A stretch of 64,000 nucleotides of DNA from a bacterium (GTDB lineage Bacteria; Patescibacteriota; Saccharimonadia; Saccharimonadales; Saccharimonadaceae): NCBI GenBank assembly GCA_030429445.1, contig JAUIFG010000003.1, forward strand, positions 9,099 through 73,098. The letters run 5' to 3'. The notes beneath the pieces are model-generated. The model had not been told where the DNA came from, ran no database searches, and worked only from the letters and a program-made list of their open reading frames with translations. Of the stretch, positions 37,676 through 48,550 are shown piece by piece. The number at the start of each line of letters is the position of its first letter. The first letter of the stretch is position 1. A program made the translations under genes and the position numbers.

Positions 37676-39040
37676 CTATTCCGTTCGAAGTGCTTCAATC
37701 GGATCCAACTTAGCAGCTTTTCGCGCAGGAAAGTATCCTGCAATCACTGCAATGATCATCAAGCCAATAATCAAGCCAATAACTGGCAACGGTTCAAATA
37801 TTAACAAGTGGTTTCCTGCACCTAGGTCGAGTTGTTCTGTAATCCATGGATTAAGTACAGTTCCCGTACCCCATGCAATCACCGAACCAATCACGCCACC
37901 CAAAAATCCGATCCAGGCCGCCTCATATCGAAATAGCTTGGCAACGTCCCTACTGTGCATGCCAAGTGCCTTCATCAGGCCGATCTGCTGCGTTCGCTCT
38001 AACACACTAATATACTGCGTGTTAATGATGCCGAACACACTAGCGATCAATGCCAGCACGCCAAACCCAGCAACAATACCCTGTAGCAGGTTGACGATTG
38101 TAAACAATAGACCCTGTAAATCCTCAGCTGTGCGCACAGTAAGATCTTTGTCAGTTAATCGTTGCTTTACTACCTCTGGTTCAACACCATCCTTCACGAT
38201 GGCTGTTGCTGCGACATAGCTGCGATAACGAGGAGTATCACGAGTCAAAAAGTCAGACAAACTCCTTGCTGTATTTTCAGATATAAACAGTGCATTACTG
38301 GCGCTCAACGATGTTACCGAAGCCTTGGAAACAACCCTGACGACAAAACTCTCGTCTCGCACTTCACCACCTACCAATTCAGCCAAGCCAGCAGAGCCCT
38401 TCTCTTGTATTGTCTTCGTGATTTCTTCCTCTGATGGCTGTACTTGCCGAACCAATCGTAGTGTCACTTTTTTGCCCACTATATCCTTTGGGTTATCTAT
38501 TTTGAGTGCTTTCAAAAAACCCTCGGGAATGACAACTTCGTCATCCTTGATTTGCTCTCCAAGCGGAGGCAATGTTCCTGCAGCAGATTCAGCCAATACG
38601 CTGGCATCATATACCGAAACGTCTGACGTATACTTCTTTTTTATCCCCTCAAAGGTCATGTACTGTGCCTCTACCAAGTAGGTCGGGATCACTTGCTCAA
38701 TATCTTTGTCATTCTCGATAACATCGAGGTCTTTTGGTTCGAGCGACTTAATACTCAATCCCGAAAACTGAGTTGATGTCTCTGAATATTCCTTCAGTCC
38801 GTCACCACCAGGTAGTCCACCGCCACCAACCAAACTTTCATCTCTAACGACAAAGAGTGCTTGCGAATTGATATTCGAACTAATCAGCTTCTCGGCATAT
38901 TGACGCGAACCCTCGCCAGCTGCCAGTGCAATCGTCAGCGTAAATGCACCGACGGCAATCGCCAAGCTTGTCAGTAGCGTTCGAATCTTTGCTTGCTTGA
39001 GACTGCGACCAGCACGTCGTACTATATATCGAGCTTTCAT
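37676..39040 (-). CDS. MacB/FtsX-like ABC transporter permease
   Basis: RTLLTSLAI, SVLERTQQIGLMKALG, PARKAAKLDPIEALR. Confidence 0.9.
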   Translation of the reverse strand: MKARYIVRRAGRSLKQAKIRTLLTSLAIAVGAFTLTIALAAGEGSRQYAEKLISSNINSQALFVVRDESLVGGGGLPGGDGLKEYSETSTQFSGLSIKSLEPKDLDVIENDKDIEQVIPTYLVEAQYMTFEGIKKKYTSDVSVYDASVLAESAAGTLPPLGEQIKDDEVVIPEGFLKALKIDNPKDIVGKKVTLRLVRQVQPSEEEITKTIQEKGSAGLAELVGGEVRDESFVVRVVSKASVTSLSASNALFISENTARSLSDFLTRDTPRYRSYVAATAIVKDGVEPEVVKQRLTDKDLTVRTAEDLQGLLFTIVNLLQGIVAGFGVLALIASVFGIINTQYISVLERTQQIGLMKALGMHSRDVAKLFRYEAAWIGFLGGVIGSVIAWGTGTVLNPWITEQLDLGAGNHLLIFEPLPVIGLIIGLMIIAVIAGYFPARKAAKLDPIEALRTE

Positions 39041-39756
39041 GACTTACCTGCCTTTTTACGGCTACTCTTTGTAGCGGGTTTTTTATTATCAACAGACACG
39101 ATTTTCCCATCACGAATCTGAATCATAATGTCGCATCGCTTTGCCAGATCATGATCATGCGTCACAATAATTAACGTCACGCCCTTTTCTCTATTATAAC
39201 GAAATAATAGGTCTTCGATAATTTCGCCTGTCGCACTATCGAGATTCCCTGTCGGTTCGTCTGCAAACAAAATCTTTGGATCATTTACAATTGCACGCGC
39301 TATCGCTAGGCGTTGCTTTTGACCACCCGACAAATCACGAGCTCGTGATTTTTTCTTGTCTGTTAATTCAACGGCTTCGAGAGCACGTTCGATGCGATCC
39401 TGATGTTCCGCAGATGGTACGTCAGCAATCTCACAAACCATGCCGACATTGTTGTAGCAACTTTCGTTTGCTTCAACAAAAAAGCTCTGAAAAATAAAGC
39501 TCATCTGCCGTGAACGAAATCTGTCGACTTCTTTTGATTTGAGTTGCAGAATATCCTGACCATCAATAATTACCTCACCGGTTTGCGGCCTATCCAGCCC
39601 ACTCATCGTATGCATCAGAGTACTCTTTCCTGATCCACTTTTACCGATAATCGCAACACTCGCCCCATCAGGAATCGAAAAATTAACATCATCAAGTGCG
39701 GTAAAGATAGTACTCTTCTTCCCGTACGTCTTTGTAACATGCCTTACATCAATCAC
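39037..39756 (-). CDS. ABC transporter ATP-binding protein (LolD/MacB-like)
   Basis: GKSGSGKST, LSGGQKQR, ADEPTGNLD. Confidence 0.95.
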   Translation of the reverse strand: MIDVRHVTKTYGKKSTIFTALDDVNFSIPDGASVAIIGKSGSGKSTLMHTMSGLDRPQTGEVIIDGQDILQLKSKEVDRFRSRQMSFIFQSFFVEANESCYNNVGMVCEIADVPSAEHQDRIERALEAVELTDKKKSRARDLSGGQKQRLAIARAIVNDPKILFADEPTGNLDSATGEIIEDLLFRYNREKGVTLIIVTHDHDLAKRCDIMIQIRDGKIVSVDNKKPATKSSRKKAGKS

Positions 39757-39809
39757 GCTGCCCCTCCGTTTTTACTATTGTTAGTATACCATTAGTATAC
39801 CATCGACCG

Positions 39810-40343
39810 CTAAGTTAGCTTATTTATATGCTCGACAAAATGGTCGATATAACTGTTCAATTTTTCCCTATTTTCATCAGTAACAACACCCCGTTCATCA
39901 AGTTTTTGACTCGCAAAATTAAAGTAAAGTTCCGGCTGACCCATCAAATACATTCCTAAATGGCTAACAATATGGCGAAGATTCGACTGTGCCACAGCTG
40001 TCCCTAACGCTCCGTTTGTAGCTCCGGCAATTGCAACAGGTTTACCAATAAACGAATTATTCGGACGAGTCGACCAGTCAATCGCATTCTTTAATACTCC
40101 TGGGATACTACGATTATATTCTGGCGTTACGAACAGTACAGCATCTGCCCCCTCAACCATCGCCTTCATTGCTCGAACGCTTTTTGGTAAATCCGCCTCA
40201 ACATCTCCGTTAAATAACGGCTGTTCCAAGTTAACGTATTCGAATTTCACGCCATCGGGAGCAAATGATTCTAGGTTTTGTGCTAATTTTTTATTCAATG
40301 AATCTTTTCGCAAACTTCCTACAAATACCGCTATTTTTGCCAT
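39810..40343 (-). CDS. NADPH-dependent FMN reductase
   Basis: VGSLRKDSLN, TPEYNRSIPGVLKNAIDW. Confidence 0.92.
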   Translation of the reverse strand: MAKIAVFVGSLRKDSLNKKLAQNLESFAPDGVKFEYVNLEQPLFNGDVEADLPKSVRAMKAMVEGADAVLFVTPEYNRSIPGVLKNAIDWSTRPNNSFIGKPVAIAGATNGALGTAVAQSNLRHIVSHLGMYLMGQPELYFNFASQKLDERGVVTDENREKLNSYIDHFVEHINKLT

Positions 40344-40482
40344 AGAACTCCTCACTTATTTACTATATTTAGTATAGCATACATTGTCCGTTTTCTTATT
40401 TCATCGTAGCCTGTTATTGACTTTTTATCAAGCTTATGCTAATATTAACTTACCCGTTAGTCATAAACACGGAAAACAAAAA

Positions 40483-41424
40483 ATGTCAGAAAACTTAAAA
40501 TCACCCCAACCAGAACGACCAGAGCTCACCGATAAAGAGGTCGATTCTCAATTTGATGCCATTGCAGACTACTATAATTCTCATTTTAAAAAAGTGACCA
40601 GTGAAGCATTACAACAGGAACAACCTGCCCTCTTTGATATAGAGGGAAATGTAAACCCCGACCTCGTCGAAAGCCCTGTACAAAAAACCGAAAAACCACA
40701 GAATCCTCTAGAGCTTTATTCCGTCGATGAATTACGAACAGCTCTGGCATCGGCTGAAAACAACTCATCAAATATCGAAGATCTAAAAGAAGATGAAGCT
40801 TACGCTGAAAACGAACGACGCGATACCGAAACTTCTGATGAAATGTCACCAGACGAAACTGACTACAATACGCGAATTGTAACTTCCGTTGATCGTGTAT
40901 CTCGATGGCTTGGTGGTAAAGCAGAAAAATACGAAAACGCTGGTGGCGCCAAGGGACTTGCCAAAAAAGCTCTTCGTCGATTTGGCTCTGCCGCATATCG
41001 TAAATCCGGCCTAAAGGCGGGAGTCGAAAAAGTACAAAGAGGCGTAGAAGCCGTCGATAGAGCCCTTGACCGCACGATAGATCGCGTAGACCAGTTCTCG
41101 AACGACGTCGAAGACAAAGTGTTGGATGCAAAAGATAAGTATCGCAAAGCACGAGAAGCCCTCGCCTCTCGACGTAACGCCGCCCACGAACGTACCAAAA
41201 AACGTGCCGAACAACATGAACGACAACGCGCCCAAAAGACAGCACGAAAATTAGAACGAACACAGGAACGTAGTGAAAAGGAAAAGGCGCTCTACGAATA
41301 CAATTGGCGCGGTGGCCCACGTCCCGACTTCCTAGATGGTAAAAAGGCTGAACCAAAAAACAAAAAAATGGGTCGTATTGGCGTTCGATCACCCTTTTAC
41401 ATCAAAAACACACCCGAATCGTAA
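40483..41424 (+). CDS. Hypothetical charged/coiled-coil protein
   Basis: Long ORF; acidic N-half and basic C-terminus; TTGACT...TAATAT promoter-like sequence upstream. Confidence 0.7.
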   Translation: MSENLKSPQPERPELTDKEVDSQFDAIADYYNSHFKKVTSEALQQEQPALFDIEGNVNPDLVESPVQKTEKPQNPLELYSVDELRTALASAENNSSNIEDLKEDEAYAENERRDTETSDEMSPDETDYNTRIVTSVDRVSRWLGGKAEKYENAGGAKGLAKKALRRFGSAAYRKSGLKAGVEKVQRGVEAVDRALDRTIDRVDQFSNDVEDKVLDAKDKYRKAREALASRRNAAHERTKKRAEQHERQRAQKTARKLERTQERSEKEKALYEYNWRGGPRPDFLDGKKAEPKNKKMGRIGVRSPFYIKNTPES

Positions 41425-41453
41425 ATACATAGGAATTAGTAGGAGAAAACATT

Positions 41454-41774
41454 ATGCAACATTACGTCACCAAACAAATGCTCACTGATCTTGGGATTGA
41501 TATTGGTGATAAGAATGCCGATTCACTCCTCACCCACCTTAACGAGAAAATTGAAGAGATGATAGGTGTCGAAATCACTGAAGCACTTGACGATGAGCAA
41601 CTAGAGGAGCTCGTCAAATTACAGGACAAAGGTACCGATGATGAAATCGGTGAATGGATTGCAAGTCATGTTCCCGACTACCGAGAAATCGTCGAAGACA
41701 ACATCGACATCGCCATGGGTGAGATGGTTGATAGTGCAGACGACATTAATAAAGTTGCAAAAGAACAAGAATAG
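41454..41774 (+). CDS. Small acidic protein (DUF5663-like, CPR)
   Basis: L..LGI, EE.IG.EI.E.L.DEQLEE, W....VPDY.EIV; SD AGGAG. Confidence 0.75.
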   Translation: MQHYVTKQMLTDLGIDIGDKNADSLLTHLNEKIEEMIGVEITEALDDEQLEELVKLQDKGTDDEIGEWIASHVPDYREIVEDNIDIAMGEMVDSADDINKVAKEQE

Positions 41775-41792
41775 TAAATCTGAGTGATACCC

Positions 41793-41822
41793 AAAACAGC
41801 CCGCGGTAAAGCGGGCTGTTTT
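41793..41822. terminator. Bidirectional intrinsic terminator
   Basis: AAAACAGCCCGC-GGTAAA-GCGGGCTGTTTT. Confidence 0.85.
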
Positions 41823-41851
41823 ATTATATTACGGATGAATGTGTGCGTGTT

Positions 41852-42556
41852 TTACACTCGAGAGAGTCGTTCTAGCTCGCGTATGACGTCGCCGAGTCGA
41901 CGATGAAAGACTGATCCATCCTCAACGAGCACAGCCTCGTTCAATTCATCAACCATGCTGTACACTTGCTCAATACTTGCATTAGTTGGCAATGCAACCA
42001 AAGCTTCCCTTAGACCTTCTCGTACACGACGTATATAGCTGTGGTCAAGACCACGACTTTCGTCAGTGGGACGATCTTCTGCAATCTCTTTTATCTTGCT
42101 CAATACGCCATCATATTCATTGCTAGAATTTTGCTCTGCACCAGAAATGACTGGAATCGGTTCGGTTGAACTATCTGCCATTACGGGAATCTTGAACATT
42201 TCAGTCTCTTTGTCGCCAAAAGATGGTGCAGAATAGAAACGACTTCCGTCATTCCTGGCAAGACTCTCTGAAACCTCACTTAGTGATGGGTTTGCTGATT
42301 CTGGCCTTACCGTATCAGATACGGGTGGCCTGTTTATCTGTGGTTTCTTGAAACTATTGGGATGTTTCAGTCCCGTGCGACCAAGTGCCGGGAATACTTC
42401 TGGTTGCGCCATATCAGTTGGCCACAAGGGCTCCTCGCCACGTGCTTTTTGCTCTCGCATTTGCTTGTTCAAGCGAGCTCGACGGGCAAAATGCGCTACC
42501 CTTTCTTTTATCTGCTCTGATTCAGATTTATCCGTATGTTGATTTCGTTCATTCAT
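41852..42556 (-). CDS. Hypothetical protein
   Basis: 234-aa ORF; TGCTATAAT just upstream. Confidence 0.7.
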   Translation of the reverse strand: MNERNQHTDKSESEQIKERVAHFARRARLNKQMREQKARGEEPLWPTDMAQPEVFPALGRTGLKHPNSFKKPQINRPPVSDTVRPESANPSLSEVSESLARNDGSRFYSAPSFGDKETEMFKIPVMADSSTEPIPVISGAEQNSSNEYDGVLSKIKEIAEDRPTDESRGLDHSYIRRVREGLREALVALPTNASIEQVYSMVDELNEAVLVEDGSVFHRRLGDVIRELERLSRV

Positions 42557-42611
42557 ACTCTAATTATAGCATAAGCTTTACAAAAAGTAAATAACCAAGC
42601 GATGTTTTTGT

Positions 42612-43496
42612 CTACAGTTCTTTACCATTTTTTAGCATCACCAAATGGTGGTCGGCGAGTTTTTTCGTAATAGGATTTGTGCCCGTAATAGTACGACCAT
42701 CAATTTCAGAAACACTTGCCAAAAATGCTGACGTACCACATATAAAGACCTCGTCTGCTACATACAGCTCGGTCAAATCAACTGCTCGCTCCTGCACAGA
42801 AATCCCCTTTTCTCTTGCAAATTCCAAAATAGCGCGACGATTAATCCCCTCTAACAAATCACTGCTGGTATCTGGCGTGATGAGCACCCCGTTACGCACC
42901 ATAAAGATATTTGCAGCAGCAAGTTCACAGACATGACCTGACTGATCGAGGAATATACAGTCATCATAACCCGCATCCAGCGCATCTTGATGTGCGAGTA
43001 CCGAGTTAATGTACGCACCGTTCACCTTTGCGCGCGATGGGATACTGTTATCGGGAATTCGACGCCATTGACTAGTCTTTAGTCGTACGCCGCTGGATTT
43101 GTGTATTGATTTTGCAGTGTATACAAACGCACTTAACTGCGTGTGAACACCCCTTGTGCGAGTACCAGGAGCCAGATCATCGGCATGCAAAGTTGCACGA
43201 ACAAAAACTGGTTTCTTGGGACTATTTGCACTTATTAATTCCTCGATAATCCCACAAAATACATCATAGGTGAGATAGTCTGGCCAATTCAAACCAATAA
43301 TTTTTGCCGATGAACAAAGTCGCTTATAATGCTCGTCCAAACGAAATGCCCGATATTTTTTGCCATCAGGTACGACATAGAATACCGTATAGACGCTCAA
43401 GCCATACAGAACCGCCGAGCTTGCGATTGATAAATGAGCCGACTCAAACGACACTACCTTTTTGTTCAGGTAAGCGTACTCGTGTATATCTGCCAC
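42612..43496 (-). CDS. ilvE: Class IV PLP aminotransferase (branched-chain amino acid aminotransferase-like)
   Basis: FRLDEHYKRL..SA, AKVNGAY.NS, ELAAANIF, LLEGINR, ADEVFICGT. Confidence 0.85.
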   Translation of the reverse strand: MADIHEYAYLNKKVVSFESAHLSIASSAVLYGLSVYTVFYVVPDGKKYRAFRLDEHYKRLCSSAKIIGLNWPDYLTYDVFCGIIEELISANSPKKPVFVRATLHADDLAPGTRTRGVHTQLSAFVYTAKSIHKSSGVRLKTSQWRRIPDNSIPSRAKVNGAYINSVLAHQDALDAGYDDCIFLDQSGHVCELAAANIFMVRNGVLITPDTSSDLLEGINRRAILEFAREKGISVQERAVDLTELYVADEVFICGTSAFLASVSEIDGRTITGTNPITKKLADHHLVMLKNGKEL

Positions 43497-43504
43497 CTTT
43501 TCCC

Positions 43505-45019
43505 CTATGTTAGTTTGACGTCAGGATATATCGACTTGGTCGTCTCGTCAACTTCACGGCGTAGTGCTGGGAACGGTACACCCTCTCGCGCAGAAAGACC
43601 CTCCAGTGACCAAAAGACTCGCTCCGAAAAGCCCAATCCGCAAGCAGGTGGCATTGCATATTCAAGTGCTTCAACATAGTCAACGTCCATCATTTGCGCT
43701 TCATCATCACCAGCATCTCGCAATTTCTGTTGTTCCAAGAAACGATTGTATTGATCGACAGGATCGTTCAATTCCGAAAATGCCTTACACATCTCGCTAC
43801 CGCCAAATACCAAATTGAATTGCTCAGTCAACAGAGGATTATCAGGTTGCACCTTGGCGAGTGGTTGCATGAACATAGGGATGTCCACCAAAAAAACTGG
43901 ACCAGCGATTGTTTTTCGATGCTTTTTCCAAAGTTTATCGAGACTACGCTGACGGTTGTCTTGCTTCTCCACCTCTAGTCCATGCTCTTTTAGCTGCGCC
44001 GCAATATCTTCAATCGTAGAATCGAATACATTAATGCCGTACTCACTCTGCAAAACATCGACAAAACTAATCCGTGCAAAATGCTCACCATCTGCACCAA
44101 AATCAACAACCTTACCGTCAGCAAGCGTAAACTGGCGCTTACCCCACGTCTTGTCGACAATAGAGCGAATCATTTGTTCCGTCAGTACCATTCCCTTTTC
44201 CCAGTCGGAATAAGCCCAATACCACTCCATGGCAACGTGTTCTGGTAAATGTTCATCGCTGTAATTTTCGTTACGAAACCGAGGGCCAATGTCGTATACT
44301 TTTTCATATCCAGCAACCAACAGTCGCTTGAGTGGTAATTCGTGACTAATACGTAGGTAAAAATCTTGATCCAGCGCGTCCATGTGCGTTACAAAAGGCG
44401 TTGCATCGGCGCCACCTGCTGTTGTTTCCAGAACAGGAATATTGACCTCTACAAAATCATGCTCATTCAAAAAATCGCGCGTCGCCTGCCAAAACTTGCT
44501 GCGACGAACAAACCGTTCTCGGATATCTGGATTTACATTCATATCAACATAACGACGACGTAAGCGTTGCTCTTTGTCTGTTAGTTCAGTGGGTATTGGA
44601 CGCAAACTCTTTGTAAGTAAACGAAGCGTTCGTACGCCAACGGATATCTCGCCTGTTTTTGTCTTTATGACCTCGCCTGTCGCCTCAACAAAATCACCAC
44701 TATCCAGCAATGGTAATTGGTCCATACCAACAACACTTTGTGCTGCGTCTAAGGGTGCAACATCAGGTGCATGCAAAAACAATTGGACCTGACCACTTTG
44801 ATCCCGCAAAACGATGAATGCTAATTTACCAAACTTACGTAGCCCCATAATCCGGCCAGTAACGGTAACTGTTTGCCCCTCTAGTTCTCCAAACCTCTTG
44901 ATCACATCATCTGCAACATGGGTGCGATGTGATTCGGCTGGATACGGATCAATGCCCAACCCGCGCAATTCGGTTAGTTTACGTAATCGTTCGTCTCGAT
45001 AGTCCTGAAGTGTCGCCAT
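43505..45019 (-). CDS. lysS: Lysine--tRNA ligase (class II)
   Basis: GGADATPFVTH, YLRISHELPLKRL, FRNE, ALEYAMPPACGLG. Confidence 0.97.
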   Translation of the reverse strand: MATLQDYRDERLRKLTELRGLGIDPYPAESHRTHVADDVIKRFGELEGQTVTVTGRIMGLRKFGKLAFIVLRDQSGQVQLFLHAPDVAPLDAAQSVVGMDQLPLLDSGDFVEATGEVIKTKTGEISVGVRTLRLLTKSLRPIPTELTDKEQRLRRRYVDMNVNPDIRERFVRRSKFWQATRDFLNEHDFVEVNIPVLETTAGGADATPFVTHMDALDQDFYLRISHELPLKRLLVAGYEKVYDIGPRFRNENYSDEHLPEHVAMEWYWAYSDWEKGMVLTEQMIRSIVDKTWGKRQFTLADGKVVDFGADGEHFARISFVDVLQSEYGINVFDSTIEDIAAQLKEHGLEVEKQDNRQRSLDKLWKKHRKTIAGPVFLVDIPMFMQPLAKVQPDNPLLTEQFNLVFGGSEMCKAFSELNDPVDQYNRFLEQQKLRDAGDDEAQMMDVDYVEALEYAMPPACGLGFSERVFWSLEGLSAREGVPFPALRREVDETTKSIYPDVKLT

Positions 45020-45169
45020 ATCTGTAGCCATCGTACCATAAAACTGGACATTTTCTCTAGCACTCACAAACCATTATCAGCGATGATTCGTGAGTTATAA
45101 GCATAAGAGGATTGCTTTATTTTGATTTTGTGCTATAATCATGACATAAGCGTTAAGCGCTATAATAGC

Positions 45170-45874
45170 ATGACGGAATCAAACACAAACAAACTTGAAC
45201 ATAACATCCAGCAAACGGATGAAATCGATTCGATACAAAAACGATACGATAACGGTGATAAAACAAGATACTACAAAGAAAAAGAAGACTGGTCTTTTGG
45301 CAAAAACTACCTAGAGGGAGCAATCGAAACTAACGAACAATATGATAGTTCCGGGTTTGATACAGGTGAAATTGAGACAATCAAGGAAGTGACCGAGAAA
45401 ATTCAGTCTGGTGAAATCGAAGCATCACAAGAAGTTATTGAACAATTACGTGAACAGGCACTCGCTCTTGTCCCCCATGTTGATGTCGATTTAACCCCCA
45501 TCCATATTGAACGGGTTCTGCTTTATGTTCTTATTATCCAGCCTGACTCTACTTTTGAAAAACAAGTTGATAACGCTGTTGGCACCCTCTATGACAATCG
45601 TCCGGGTACCAATCCAGAATTGCTGAATAGAATCCACGGTCTAGTCCATCAGACTGTCGAGGTTGCCACGCATCCCGATGACTATATTCATCTCACGACT
45701 CCTGAGGAATTAAACCGGCCTCCTTCAATTGATCGTATCCTTGAAACTGCCAATGCTTTTGTCGTTACGCGTTACATTGCAAGAGCTGTCATGAAAAAAA
45801 TATTTGATGAAGAAACTGCCGAATTAAAAAATGCCGAGGCAGACAACTCACCGGTACTTCAAAAAGTAGCTTAA
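45170..45874 (+). CDS. Hypothetical acidic protein
   Basis: About 234-aa ORF between lysS and greA; TATAAT boxes upstream. Confidence 0.7.
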   Translation: MTESNTNKLEHNIQQTDEIDSIQKRYDNGDKTRYYKEKEDWSFGKNYLEGAIETNEQYDSSGFDTGEIETIKEVTEKIQSGEIEASQEVIEQLREQALALVPHVDVDLTPIHIERVLLYVLIIQPDSTFEKQVDNAVGTLYDNRPGTNPELLNRIHGLVHQTVEVATHPDDYIHLTTPEELNRPPSIDRILETANAFVVTRYIARAVMKKIFDEETAELKNAEADNSPVLQKVA

Positions 45875-46326
45875 CCTACTTTTACAACTTCGTACTTGAT
45901 ATCACCTTTTGGCGTACTAATAACGACAGTATCACCGACTTTTTTGCCCATAAGTGCCACGCCGATTGGAGCTTTGTCACTAATCTTACCCGCCATTGGG
46001 TCCGCCTCAACAGGACCTACCAGATGGTATTGGACAGTCTTTTGTCCAGTTTTCAGCTCAACCTTGCTGCCAAGCTTTACCTTGGTACTTTTTGTAGCAG
46101 ATATTATTGTTGCGTTTAGCAAAATGTCTTCGATTTCGGCAATGCGACTCTCGACAAGGCCTTGTTCTTCACGAGCAGAATCATACTCGGCATTTTCACT
46201 CAAATCACCATAACCACGAGCATCGGCAATCTTATCAGCAATTGCGCCACGACGACTCTTTAGTTCTTCGAGCTCACGTTCGAGCTCTTTTTTACCGATA
46301 TCAGTGATTTGAAATAATTTCTTCAT
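45871..46326 (-). CDS. greA: Transcription elongation factor GreA
   Basis: ARGYGDLSENAEYDSAREEQ, KISDKAPIGVAL. Confidence 0.95.
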   Translation of the reverse strand: MKKLFQITDIGKKELERELEELKSRRGAIADKIADARGYGDLSENAEYDSAREEQGLVESRIAEIEDILLNATIISATKSTKVKLGSKVELKTGQKTVQYHLVGPVEADPMAGKISDKAPIGVALMGKKVGDTVVISTPKGDIKYEVVKVG

Positions 46327-46387
46327 ATATTTTCCTTTTCGTTGATTCAAAAAGTGCTGGACTTCAGCACGGTCCCTCCCTTATTAA

Positions 46388-47635
46388 TTAGTTCAGTTTA
46401 GCAAACAGCTCGGACCGTGTCAATTCAACTGTTTCACCACTTTTTCTAGGGGTAAACTCGTATTTTTCAGCCTCTACCAATCGATCACTGACAGTCACTC
46501 GAAATGGTATGCCTATCAACTCGCTGTCGGCAAATTTCACGCCAGGACGCTCGTCACGATCATCATATAGCACCTCGATACCATTGCCCTTCAACTCTTT
46601 ATACAATTCATCAGCATGTTTCACTGCATCGTCACCGCCAATACGTACCAAATAGACTTTTGCTGGCGCAACAGCTTCTGGCCACACAAGACCCTTATCA
46701 TCACTAAACAACTCTGCAACAACGCCCATCAAACGACTGACGCCAATACCATAGCAACCCATAACAATAGATTGTTGCTCACCCTGTTCATCCGCATAAT
46801 ACACGTCCAAAGCATCCGTGTATTTTGATTCCAAATGAAATGTATTTCCCACCTCAACACCACGCTTTTGAACCAAGTCGCTCCTATTCAAACCAAGTTT
46901 TTGCAAATTTTCATCAGTCATAATTTCTTCGTTAATCGCTACTTTTTTTGCCTCATCAACAAAAATCGTATCCTCACCCACATCACTCAATGTCTGAAAT
47001 TCATCACTAAACCTTGATGTGAAAATACCACCCTCGGCGTATGTACGATATGTAATCTCACCCAGCCCCAGACGATCGTACACCTTGTAGTAAGCCTCTA
47101 CGGCTCGTTCGTACATCTGCTCGTGCTCTTCTTGCGAACGCGCGAGACTGTACATGTCTTTCATCAAGAACTCACGACCACGCAACAGTCCACTCTTTGC
47201 CCGTAGCTCGTTACGAAACTTATTCGCAATCTGATATGTATAAAAAGGAAGATCTTTGTATGAGTGAACGTAGTTGCCAGATGCGTCAACGATAGGCTCT
47301 TCGTGCGTCAAGCCAACGCCAAGTTCCGTTCCATTAGCAAGCTTTGTCTTGAACCAATTATCAACCTTTTTATCATCCCAACGATCTGTTTTCTCCCAAA
47401 TATCACGTGGCTGTAATGTCGTCATCATGACTTCCTGACCACCAACAGCATTCATTTCTTCGCGAACAATTTTTTTAATGTTTTCAAGGACCCTAAAGCC
47501 GAGTGGCATATAGGCATACACGCCTGCCATTTCCTTGTGAATGAACCCTGCCTGAATAAGTAATTGGGCGTTCTTTGCCGTTTCATCGGCAGGAACGTTT
47601 TTGCTCGTTTTTGTGAATAGCTGACTGAGTCGCAT
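46388..47635 (-). CDS. proS: Proline--tRNA ligase (short form, no INS editing domain)
   Basis: THEE, KFRNELRAKSGLLRGREFLMKD, MGCYGIGVSR. Confidence 0.95.
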   Translation of the reverse strand: MRLSQLFTKTSKNVPADETAKNAQLLIQAGFIHKEMAGVYAYMPLGFRVLENIKKIVREEMNAVGGQEVMMTTLQPRDIWEKTDRWDDKKVDNWFKTKLANGTELGVGLTHEEPIVDASGNYVHSYKDLPFYTYQIANKFRNELRAKSGLLRGREFLMKDMYSLARSQEEHEQMYERAVEAYYKVYDRLGLGEITYRTYAEGGIFTSRFSDEFQTLSDVGEDTIFVDEAKKVAINEEIMTDENLQKLGLNRSDLVQKRGVEVGNTFHLESKYTDALDVYYADEQGEQQSIVMGCYGIGVSRLMGVVAELFSDDKGLVWPEAVAPAKVYLVRIGGDDAVKHADELYKELKGNGIEVLYDDRDERPGVKFADSELIGIPFRVTVSDRLVEAEKYEFTPRKSGETVELTRSELFAKLN

Positions 47636-47746
47636 GAGAGATGTATCTCCAAATACTTTCCATTATAAAATCCTACCCTGATAGTAACAGATGATTGTAA
47701 TCGTGACAAAACGTTTACGTGAAGGACCTGGTAACGAGCATGCTAT

Positions 47747-48550
47747 TTATCCGCCGACGACATAAGGGCTTATCAAAATGAAGTATGCAACAGCATTTTT
47801 AAGACTGTGCGCCAATATGCCGGCCCAAATACTACCCGTAATGGAACGGAGCCAGCACAAAAACATACTAAGTACAAATACATCAACTGCCACATTCCAC
47901 TGAAAATGAACCAGACCGAACAATAGGCTCGTCACTACAGCACCCCATAATGCCGGCACATACGCTTTTAATTTGCCATACAAATATCCTCGGAAAAGCA
48001 CTTCTTCCGCCAAAGGTGCAATGACGACAAGCGCTGTAAATGCCATGATATTATCTAACCGAGACCCAAATACACTGAAACCAACATCCTGCACCTCGTC
48101 TATCGGAAAACCAGGGAACAATGTCGTAATAATACCCATAACGACTGTAATCGTGAGAATATAAGCAATAAATGCTACAGGCGCCAATCCAATATCGGTC
48201 CACGACATTAAGCGTGTAAGTCCAAGGTCTTTTAGTGTCGTCTTTTTGCGCTTTATTAGGTATGGAACACCCAAGGCAATCATCAAAGTAAGAACGTACG
48301 TTTTTGCCGTTAATATTAACTGGTAAGCTGTCGGGCTAAAGTACTGTTCGGGTGACATATGCAGCCACTCGAGCACCCAAGCAACCGCAGAGATAGTAAA
48401 AATACTGAGAATAAATGAAAATAGTACCCAGATGGGTAAATAGACCAAATACGCCCAACGCGGTGAACTTTTTTTATCATCCTTAGAATGGCTACCCTTA
48501 ACAGACAACTTCTTGATGGGACTAATTTTAGCTAATAATTTTTCCAACAT
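47747..48550 (-). CDS. CPBP (Abi/CAAX) intramembrane glutamic endopeptidase
   Basis: APLAEEVLFRG, FGLVH, AHSLKN. Confidence 0.9.
   Translation of the reverse strand: MLEKLLAKISPIKKLSVKGSHSKDDKKSSPRWAYLVYLPIWVLFSFILSIFTISAVAWVLEWLHMSPEQYFSPTAYQLILTAKTYVLTLMIALGVPYLIKRKKTTLKDLGLTRLMSWTDIGLAPVAFIAYILTITVVMGIITTLFPGFPIDEVQDVGFSVFGSRLDNIMAFTALVVIAPLAEEVLFRGYLYGKLKAYVPALWGAVVTSLLFGLVHFQWNVAVDVFVLSMFLCWLRSITGSIWAGILAHSLKNAVAYFILISPYVVGG

Noticed and set aside
37671..38219. 182-aa plus-strand ORF
   Set aside because: Shadow of the ABC permease gene.
40586..41392. 268-aa minus-strand ORF
   Set aside because: Antisense shadow of the + strand gene, which has promoter context and a downstream co-directional gene.
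47747..48550. CPBP 'Abi' protein as a phage-defence gene
   Set aside because: It sits in a housekeeping run (frr-rseP-CPBP-proS), and the family name does not imply abortive infection.
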